Source: an uncultured Chloroflexia bacterium (lineage in GTDB: Bacteria > Chloroflexota > Anaerolineae > Promineifilales > UBA4811). Taken from it: a stretch of DNA of 64,000 nt. The notes beneath the pieces were generated by a model. It worked only from the letters and a program-made list of their open reading frames with translations, did not search any database and was not told where the DNA came from. Positions within the stretch are counted from its first letter, which is position 1. Each line of letters starts with the position of its first letter. The DNA lies in contig CAVOHX010000009.1 in NCBI GenBank assembly GCA_963695825.1, positions 133,168 through 197,167 on the forward strand, given 5' to 3'. This document shows positions 57,050 through 64,000 of the stretch, piece after piece. The translations under genes were made by a program, and so were the position numbers.

Positions 57050-57946
57050 ATGTCTGGTTACTTGGTTCATTTGAACGGCCGGCTGATTCCGGAATCAGAG
57101 GCCGCGCTCTCTATCTGGGATCAGGGCTTTACCCGCGGCGACGCGGTATACGATACCACGCGTACCTTTCGCCACCAGCCGTTCAAACTCGAAGCGCATA
57201 TCGCCCGGCTCTACCGTTCGCTGCGATACGTCTATATTGATCCAGGGGTGACGCCCAGTGAGTTCCAGCGGGCGGCGCTGGCGACGTTGGAGGCAAATCA
57301 CGGTCTGATAGACGGCGAGGACGACATGAGTTTGGTTTTTCGCGTCTCCCGCGGCGTGCCGGGCCAGGGCGCCACGGTGCTGATCACGTGCCGGCCGATC
57401 GAGTTCGAACGCTTTGCGCATCTGTACGAGCCCGGGGTTGACCTGGTCACCCCAACGGTGAGGGCGATCTCGCGTGACATCATGGATCCAAGGGTCAAGA
57501 CTCAGAGCCGCATCGTCAGCGTGCTGGCCGAGATCCAGGCAACGGCCGCCAATCCAGGCGCCTGGCCCCTGCTTTGCAACAGCCACGGCATCATCACCGA
57601 GAGTTCACGCGCCAGTTTTTTGACGGTCCAGAATGGGGTGATCTTGACCCCAAAAGGGGGGCGGGTGCTCGCCGGTGTGACGGCCGCTGTCACCACTGGC
57701 TTGGCCGAGGGGCAGGGGTATCGCGTCGAGGAGCGTGACCTGACGCCCTATGACGTCTTGCTGGCAGACGAAGCGTTTGTCACCGCCACTAGCATCTGCG
57801 TGCTACCGGTGCGCAGCTTGAACGGCACACCTATCAACGGCCGCGGTAGCTTTCCGGGCCAGGTCACGGCTGCGCTGATAAACGCGTGGCGCGAGTTGAC
57901 CGGGGTGGATTTTGTGGTTCAGGCGAATAGATACGCTCGGCGCTGA
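57050..57946 (+). CDS. Class IV (branched-chain amino acid/D-amino acid/ADC lyase-type) aminotransferase.
   Basis: GGAGAGG RBS. A fold-type IV pattern is present: RGDAVYDTTRTF...KLEAHIARLYRS, EERDLTPYDVLLADEAFVTATS. Confidence 0.78.
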   Translation: MSGYLVHLNGRLIPESEAALSIWDQGFTRGDAVYDTTRTFRHQPFKLEAHIARLYRSLRYVYIDPGVTPSEFQRAALATLEANHGLIDGEDDMSLVFRVSRGVPGQGATVLITCRPIEFERFAHLYEPGVDLVTPTVRAISRDIMDPRVKTQSRIVSVLAEIQATAANPGAWPLLCNSHGIITESSRASFLTVQNGVILTPKGGRVLAGVTAAVTTGLAEGQGYRVEERDLTPYDVLLADEAFVTATSICVLPVRSLNGTPINGRGSFPGQVTAALINAWRELTGVDFVVQANRYARR

Positions 57947-57971
57947 TAGCACACTGAAAGAAGGGACAAAG

Positions 57972-59324
57972 ATGGTCGAGATTGTCATCGCCAACGGCAC
58001 GGTGATCACCGCCGGTGCCCAGTTTGGCGCCGATGTGGCGCTCCAAGGCGGCCGTATCGTGGCTGTCGGAGAACGACTCGAGGGCGGACGGGTGGTCGAT
58101 GCGACCGGGTGCTATGTCATTCCGGGTGGCGTTGACGTACACGTGCATCTCCAGATGCCGGCCGGCAAGTACACCAGCGCCGATGACTTTACCAGTGGTT
58201 CAATCGCCGCGGCTTGCGGGGGCACCACCACGCTGATGGACTTTGTCGAACCGGAGGGCGAGGAGCCCATGATGGCGGCGCTGGCGAAACGCCGCGCCGA
58301 GGCGAACGGCCGGGTTGCGATTGATTACGGGTTGCACATGACCATCCCGGCCTGGCACGCCGATCACGCGCTGAAGGAAATACGGGCCGTGATGGCGGCC
58401 GGTATCCGCTCGTTCAAGATGTACCAGGCGTACGGGGCGCTCTGCCTGAACGATGTGCAGCTCTTTAAGGCATTGCGCGCCCTGGGCCAGTCCGGCGCGC
58501 TGCCCATCCTGCACAGCGAGAACGGACCGGTGATCGACCAGTTGCGGGCTGACGCACTGGCGGCCGGGAACACCGCGCCCATCTGGCACGCGCGCACCCG
58601 GCCGGCCACACTCGAGGAGCAGGCGGTTCGTGGGGCGATCGAGCTGGCGCGGCAAGCGAACTCGCGCCTCTACGTGGTGCACGTCTCCTGCCCAGAGGCG
58701 CTACAGGCGATCCAGGTGGCCCGTGAACGAGGTCAGGCGGTCATGGGCGAGACCTGTCCCCAATATCTCTTTTTGTCAGAAGAGATGCTAGCAGGCCCGC
58801 ACGGTGAACGGTACGTCTGCGCTCCGCCACTGCGGCCGGCGGCAAACTGGGAGGCGATGTGGCGCGGGTTGGCGCTCGGGGACCTGCAGGTGATCAGCAC
58901 CGACCATTGCCCGTTCACGGCGGCCGAAAAGGCGGCCGAGCCCGATTTCACCAGGATTCCAGGTGGTCTGTCGTCGGTAGAATCGCGACTTGCGCTCGTC
59001 CACGATGCGGCGCGCCGCGGGAGGCTCAGCCTGCAAGGCTGGGTCGATGCGTGCTGCACTGCGCCGGCGAGGATCTTTGGCCTGTCGAACAAGGGGCACA
59101 TCGCACCCAACTTTGACGCCGACGTGGTGGTCTTTGACCCAAACAAACCGGTCGTCCTCTCGGCATCAAGTTTGCACGAGCGAGCAGATTGGAGTCCGTA
59201 CGAAGGATTCGAGCTGATGGGTTGGCCGCGAGACGTGTTCTCTCGTGGCAACCAGATCGTGCAGGACGGACAGTTTGTAGGCGCCACAGACCAGGGCCGG
59301 TTTCTGCCCGTCCGCGGCGGCTAG
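57972..59324 (+). CDS. Dihydropyrimidinase/D-hydantoinase (cyclic amidohydrolase).
   Basis: Motifs: PGGVDVHVHLQMP, the carboxylated-lysine context IRSFKMYQAY, HSENG, VVHVS, STDHCPF. Confidence 0.85.
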   Translation: MVEIVIANGTVITAGAQFGADVALQGGRIVAVGERLEGGRVVDATGCYVIPGGVDVHVHLQMPAGKYTSADDFTSGSIAAACGGTTTLMDFVEPEGEEPMMAALAKRRAEANGRVAIDYGLHMTIPAWHADHALKEIRAVMAAGIRSFKMYQAYGALCLNDVQLFKALRALGQSGALPILHSENGPVIDQLRADALAAGNTAPIWHARTRPATLEEQAVRGAIELARQANSRLYVVHVSCPEALQAIQVARERGQAVMGETCPQYLFLSEEMLAGPHGERYVCAPPLRPAANWEAMWRGLALGDLQVISTDHCPFTAAEKAAEPDFTRIPGGLSSVESRLALVHDAARRGRLSLQGWVDACCTAPARIFGLSNKGHIAPNFDADVVVFDPNKPVVLSASSLHERADWSPYEGFELMGWPRDVFSRGNQIVQDGQFVGATDQGRFLPVRGG

Positions 59325-59382
59325 GGTCTCGCGCTGTGGGGTCCCTGGCCTGGTGCTACCCTGCCAGCCCGTCGGCGGAAAG

Positions 59383-60048
59383 CTAGCCCGGTGTCGCCGC
59401 TCGCAGCGCGGCGATGCTATCGGCAATGGAAATGGATCGGCCAAAGATAGCCGAGCCGGCGACCAACACGGTAGCGCCGGCGGCGACGATCTCGGCCGCG
59501 TTTTCGGGGTTGACCCCGCCATCCACCTCGATCTCGACCTCGACCAAGCCTCGATCGTCCAGCGTCCGCCGCAGGCTGGCAATCTTGGCAGTGCTGGTCG
59601 GAATGTAGGACTGGCCCCCAAAGCCGGGGTTGACCGACATGATGAGCACCAGGTCGACATAAGGCAAGATCTCGTCCAGGGTGTGGAGAGGCGTCGCCGG
59701 ATTCAATGTGACGCCGGGCTGCACGCCAAGCTCGCGCAACGCTTGGATCGTGCGGTGCAAATGGGGACAGGTCTCCACATGGACGGTGATACGGTCCGCC
59801 CCCGCCCGAGCAAAGTCGGGGATGCGTCGATCTGGTCGCTCGATCATCAGGTGCACGTCCAGGGGGAGGTCGGTGACCGGGCGCAAGGCCCGCACGATGA
59901 GCGGCCCTACCGTGATGTCGGGCACAAAGTGGCCATCCATGACGTCGACGTGGATCCAATCGGCGCCGGCCGCTTCGGCCTCGCAGACCTGGTCTGCCAG
60001 CCGGGCAAAGTCGGCCGACAGGATCGAGGGGGCGATCACCACGCTCAC
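59383..60048 (-). CDS. rpe: Ribulose-phosphate 3-epimerase.
   Basis: Motifs: APSILSADFARL, HVDVMDGHFVPN-like, DVHLM, MSVNPGFGGQ, VDGG. Confidence 0.9.
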   Translation of the reverse strand: MSVVIAPSILSADFARLADQVCEAEAAGADWIHVDVMDGHFVPDITVGPLIVRALRPVTDLPLDVHLMIERPDRRIPDFARAGADRITVHVETCPHLHRTIQALRELGVQPGVTLNPATPLHTLDEILPYVDLVLIMSVNPGFGGQSYIPTSTAKIASLRRTLDDRGLVEVEIEVDGGVNPENAAEIVAAGATVLVAGSAIFGRSISIADSIAALRAATPG

Positions 60049-60050
60049 GG

Positions 60051-60763
60051 CTATCTGACCCTCTCCGGCCGCTCGAGAACCCGAACCCCGTCTCGGCCGG
60101 CGGCAATGACCGTGCCCGCCATGTCCAAAAAAAGGCCGTGCTCGATCACGCCCGGGCGCTGCTTCAGGCTCAATGCCAGGGCATAGGGGTCCGTGATGCC
60201 AGTCGGGAACCAGCAGCGGGCCAGATAGTTGCCGTGATCGGTCACGACGGGTTCACCGGTAGCTTCCTCCAACCACAGCTCGGCGCGGCAGCCCAGCGTG
60301 TTGAGCCAACCGACGTGGGCGTCAACTCCAAAGGGGATCAGCTCGACCGGCACTGGGCCTTGGTCCCCAACCGGCCCACCAGCTTGGACTCGTCAACGAC
60401 GATCAGCAAATGGCTGGCGTGCATCTCGACGATCTTTTCTCGCAGCAGCGCACGGCCGAGGCCCTTGATGAGGTCAAGCCTCGGATCCACCTCATCAGCG
60501 CCGTCGATCGCCAGGTCCAGGTGTGGTGCTGAGCCCAGCGTGACAAGTGGAATCCCCCGCCGCCTGGCATGGTTCGAGGTTCGGTCCGAGGTTGGCACCG
60601 CGACAATATCGCGCAGCGCGCCGCTATCCAGGCGGTCCCCCAACAGGTCGATGAAATGGGCGGTAGTCGATCCAGTGCCCAGGCCAAGCACCATGCCGCT
60701 CTGGACCCAGTCCAGGGCGTGCAAGGCAGCCCGCTGTTTTACGTCTGCGAGGGCGGAGGGCAT
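60051..60763 (-). CDS. rpiA: Ribose-5-phosphate isomerase A, with one frame break near 60358 (G run).
   Basis: GLGTGSTTAHFI and DGADEVDPRLDLIKGLGRALLREKIV are present. The join reads ...LGTKG|PVPVELIPFG. Confidence 0.85.
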
Positions 60764-60780
60764 GCTGCTCGTCTTTATGC

Positions 60781-61734
60781 CTAGCCGAAAAAGGCGTCTC
60801 GGACGGCCTTTAATCGGCCTGCGCTGCCCAGTTTCTCGTTCTTGTGGGCGATAAAGTCGGCATAAGCGGCCACAAAGATCTTGCCCGGACCGCGAAAGTC
60901 AAACTTGGCCGGTTGATCGCGAAAGAATTCGCGGTGGACGCGCGTCCATACCAGCCGGCCGTCAGTGTCGATGTTCACCTTGGTAACGCCGAGAGGAACC
61001 GCCTTGGCAAAATCGTCCTCGTCCACGCCGCGGGCCGACGGATCCAACGCGCCACCGGCCTGGTTGATTCGCTCCACTTCGTCACGGGGCACTGACGACG
61101 AGCCGTGCATCACCAATGGAAAACCAGGGAGCCGGCTCTGAATCTCGGCCAGCCGGCCAAAGTGAAGGCCCTGCCGGCCCGTGAATTTGTAGGCGCCGTG
61201 GCTGGTTCCGATTGCCACCGCCAAACTGTCACAGCCCGAGCGGCGCACAAACTCGGCCGCTTCGTCGGGGTCGGTGAGCAGGGCGTGTTTCTCGTCCACC
61301 TGGATGTCCTCTTCCACGCCGCCCAGCATCCCCAACTCGGCCTCGACACTGATGCCTTGGTCGTGGGCGCGATCCACCACCCGCCTGGTGATGGCAATGT
61401 TCTCCTCCAGGGGGTGGTGCGAGGCGTCGATCATCACCGAGCTGTAAAAACCGGATTCGATGCAGTCATAGGCGGTCTCTTCATCCCCGTGGTCCAGGTG
61501 GACTGCAAAGACCGTCTCGGGATACATCTCTTCAGCTGCTCGGATGATCGCTTCGATCATCTTGACGTTGGCGTACTCGCGAGAGCCCTTGGAGATCTGC
61601 ACGACAAAGGGCGCCTGAGATTGGAGGTTCCCCTGGAACAATCCCAATGCCTGTTCCATGTTGTTGATGTTATAGGCGCCGATGGCGAAACGGCCATAGG
61701 CCGTCTTGAATAGCTCATTGGTTGTAACGATCAT
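60781..61734 (-). CDS. fba: Class II fructose-bisphosphate aldolase.
   Basis: Motifs: YAIGAYNINN, HLDHG, SVMIDAS, ELG.LGG, GTSHGAYKF, MHGSS. Confidence 0.9.
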   Translation of the reverse strand: MIVTTNELFKTAYGRFAIGAYNINNMEQALGLFQGNLQSQAPFVVQISKGSREYANVKMIEAIIRAAEEMYPETVFAVHLDHGDEETAYDCIESGFYSSVMIDASHHPLEENIAITRRVVDRAHDQGISVEAELGMLGGVEEDIQVDEKHALLTDPDEAAEFVRRSGCDSLAVAIGTSHGAYKFTGRQGLHFGRLAEIQSRLPGFPLVMHGSSSVPRDEVERINQAGGALDPSARGVDEDDFAKAVPLGVTKVNIDTDGRLVWTRVHREFFRDQPAKFDFRGPGKIFVAAYADFIAHKNEKLGSAGRLKAVRDAFFG

Positions 61735-61803
61735 TGCACACTCCGATATGGGTTAATACACATAGGGGCCGGCACAGCCCACACCATTTTTACCATAAAA
61801 TAC

Positions 61804-63582
61804 TCAAAAAGAAAGCTCCCCCGCCTGCGAGAGTTTCAGATGCTGGAGCTGCCACATCTGATGATACAGCCCCTCGAGTTGAACCAGGTCGTGATGACGC
61901 CCTCGCTCAACCACCCGGCCGGCGCGCATTACCAGGATTTCATCCATCTCCTCCAGGCCCGCCAGGCGGTGGGTGATATAAAGTGTGGAGCGCTCGTGCA
62001 TCAGGGAATGCAGCGCCCGTATGACCTCCTGTTCGGTGATCGGGTCGAGGTTGGCGGTGGCTTCATCGAGGATCAACAGGCAAGGGTCCCGCAGGATAGC
62101 GCGGGCGATCGCTAGGCGTTGGCGCTCGCCGCCACTGAGAAGCAGGCCCTGTTCGCCGATCCAGGTGTCATAGCCATCCGGCAATGACTGGATGAACTCG
62201 TAGAGTTGGGCGCTCCGGGCGGCCGACTCGAGTTCGTCCAAGGTCGCCCCTGGCCGCGCCAGTAGCAGGTTCTCGCGCAGGGTGCCTGTGAATAGATGGG
62301 TGTTCTGTGAGACGACCCCAGTTATGGCTCGCATCGCCTCCTGCGAAAGGGTTCTGATCTCGTGCTTGCCGAGCCTGATGCTCCCCTCGTCGTAATCCCA
62401 AAAGCGTAGGATCAGATTGGCCAGGGTGGACTTGCCGGCGCCGCTGGGCCCGACGATCGCGACGCGACCTCGGGGGGCCACATACAGACTGATACGGTCG
62501 AGGGCCAATGGTTCGTCTGGCGCATATCTGAAGGAGAGGCCCTCCATCGTGAGCGATGCCTCGGGAGGCACTGGGATCGGGTCAGATGGATCGTGGACAG
62601 CGGGACTAGCGTCCACGATCTCGAACAGGCGCCGCCCGGCCGCCAGGTTGGTCTCCAGGTGCTGGAAGGCGGCCGGCAGCGGGAGCACTCCCTCGAAACT
62701 GGCGATCAAGCCTAACAGGATCACGGCTAGCATGACGCCGTCCAGAGCGCCCCGGTTAACCAGGGGAACGGCGACCAACAGCGCAGCCAGGACAGTCAGG
62801 TTTACCAACAGGGAAGAGAGGGCGGTGTGCAGGGCGGTGACGCGGGCCATCCGCGCCTGTACTTGGACCAATCGCCGCCCAAGATCGGTGATCAACGCCA
62901 GGTGGCGCTTCTCCTGACCCAGTGACAGCAGGTCGGCCAACCCCTGGACGTCATCGCCCAGGGCCACGTGCAGGCTCGACCGGACCTCGACCAGCGCGGC
63001 GCCGGGTTGCCGGCCGAGTTGCCTGGTGAGGAGCGGCAGCCCGACCCCAACCACGACCAGGCTGGCGAGCGCCCCCCAGGCGAGGGTCGGGTGTAAACTG
63101 CCCAACACCCACCAGACGAGCGCGCCGATTAGTGCCGCGACCAACGGCGGCGCCAGCACGCGGACGTACAGGTTCTCCAGGGTCTCGACGTCAGCCACGA
63201 TCCGGCTCAACAGATCGCCGCTGCGGAACCGGCCGAGGCGCGCGGGTGCGAGCGGCTCCAACGCCTGATAGAGCCACACGCGCAGGCGGGCGATGATCCG
63301 GAAATTGACCTCGTGCGAGAGGACTCGTTCCAGGTAGCGAAACACGCCGCGCGCGATGCCGAAAAAGCGAACACCGACGATAGCAACCTGAAGGCTGGCG
63401 ATAGAGGGGTGCAGCGCTGCCCGGGAGATGACATAGGCGGAGGTAGCCATCAGGCCGATACTGGCGCCCACGGTGGCAAAGCCCAGCGCGGCTGCCAGCA
63501 GAACGGCGTGCCAAAAGGGAACCGCCAAGCGCGCGAGCCTCCAGAGCACACGTGCGCTCTTCATGGCGAGAAGGCTCCCCAC
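61804..63582 (-). CDS. cydC: ABC exporter fused TMD-NBD subunit, CydC-like (thiol reductant exporter type).
   Basis: A six-TM N-terminal half is followed by [35 protein letters not shown] and THRLAGL. It overlaps the upstream paralog. Confidence 0.75.
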   Translation of the reverse strand: MGSLLAMKSARVLWRLARLAVPFWHAVLLAAALGFATVGASIGLMATSAYVISRAALHPSIASLQVAIVGVRFFGIARGVFRYLERVLSHEVNFRIIARLRVWLYQALEPLAPARLGRFRSGDLLSRIVADVETLENLYVRVLAPPLVAALIGALVWWVLGSLHPTLAWGALASLVVVGVGLPLLTRQLGRQPGAALVEVRSSLHVALGDDVQGLADLLSLGQEKRHLALITDLGRRLVQVQARMARVTALHTALSSLLVNLTVLAALLVAVPLVNRGALDGVMLAVILLGLIASFEGVLPLPAAFQHLETNLAAGRRLFEIVDASPAVHDPSDPIPVPPEASLTMEGLSFRYAPDEPLALDRISLYVAPRGRVAIVGPSGAGKSTLANLILRFWDYDEGSIRLGKHEIRTLSQEAMRAITGVVSQNTHLFTGTLRENLLLARPGATLDELESAARSAQLYEFIQSLPDGYDTWIGEQGLLLSGGERQRLAIARAILRDPCLLILDEATANLDPITEQEVIRALHSLMHERSTLYITHRLAGLEEMDEILVMRAGRVVERGRHHDLVQLEGLYHQMWQLQHLKLSQAGELSF

Positions 63583-64000
63583 GCTACCGCCGGGTCGGCT
63601 CTATCCGGCCGGCCCCTGGCGGGATGGAACGCGCCGATCAGGCTCTGATAGAGGCCCTCCTCGGCCGACAATGTCTGGTGATTCCCAGATTGAACGACTC
63701 GACCGGCCTGCAGCACAAAGATCTGATCCGCATCCATTACAGTGTTGAGCCGATGGGCGATGACGAGCGCGGTGCGGCCGATCAGCAATCGTCGGAGCGA
63801 TTCCTGGATCATGCGCTCGGTAGCGGGGTCGAGGTTGGCGGTGGCTTCGTCCAGTACCAGCAGTGGAGCGTCTTTGAGAAAGGCGCGCGCCAGCGCGATG
63901 CGTTGTGCCTGTCCGCCGCTGAGACGGGCGCCCCGTTCGCCTATCGGGGTTGCATAGCCGGCCGGGAGCGCCATGATGAACTCGTGGGCATGCGCCTGTG
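63561..64000 (-). CDS. cydD: ABC exporter subunit, CydD-like. Only the C-terminal NBD fragment is present; the 5' end lies outside the window.
   Basis: [28 protein letters not shown] and IAHRL are present. The frame stays open to the window edge. Confidence 0.7.
   Translation of the reverse strand, partial: QAHAHEFIMALPAGYATPIGERGARLSGGQAQRIALARAFLKDAPLLVLDEATANLDPATERMIQESLRRLLIGRTALVIAHRLNTVMDADQIFVLQAGRVVQSGNHQTLSAEEGLYQSLIGAFHPARGRPDRADPAVAWGAFSP

Overview
This is a GC-rich bacterial chromosomal segment carrying about 55 protein-coding genes. I could not find any rRNA, tRNA, CRISPR array, transposase or integrase by eye. Lipobox-anchored solute-binding proteins, an FHA-FHA-RodA-PBP cluster, RtcB plus archease, an H+-pyrophosphatase and an eRF1-like gene suggest a monoderm (Terrabacteria, for example Chloroflexota-like) host. 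That lineage call is inference only.

**Layout**
- 1-1.9 kb: tail of a Liv-type branched-chain amino acid ABC transporter.
- 2-18.6 kb: a transport and methyl-transfer island.
  - It is bracketed by two unusual lipoproteins, each an SBP family 3 domain fused to a circularly permuted SBP family 5 domain.
  - Inside are a Dpp/Opp-type BCDF set, a WD40 propeller fused to a polar amino acid ABC permease with its ATPase, two non-pyrrolysine MttB-family methyltransferases and a corrinoid protein.
- 18.7-27.4 kb (minus strand): plsY, a ferredoxin, an arginase-family gene, an eRF1-like gene, two htrA genes, a cbpA-like J-protein, and a TPR membrane protein coupled to a TtcA-like gene.
- 27.6-41.5 kb: a GH3-like gene and rocD, then a minus-strand run of HD dNTPase-like, dcd, argS, pgk, gap, yvcK, an HDAC-family gene and hppA. 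The dcd gene carries an in-frame LAGLIDADG-fold insertion.
- 41.7-49 kb: ppk2, a methyltransferase, a roughly 1,094-codon SHMT-GcvT fusion, and rtcB with archease.
- 49-64 kb: FHA-FHA, an SDR, mtnP, rodA, a PBP2, an MtaD-CYTH fusion, a class IV aminotransferase, a hydantoinase, rpe, rpiA, fba and cydDC-like exporters.

**Caveat**
About 25 reading-frame breaks sit at short homopolymers, including in essential genes. They look like sequencing or assembly indels rather than real pseudogenes. I therefore report frame-broken genes as single reconstructed spans.
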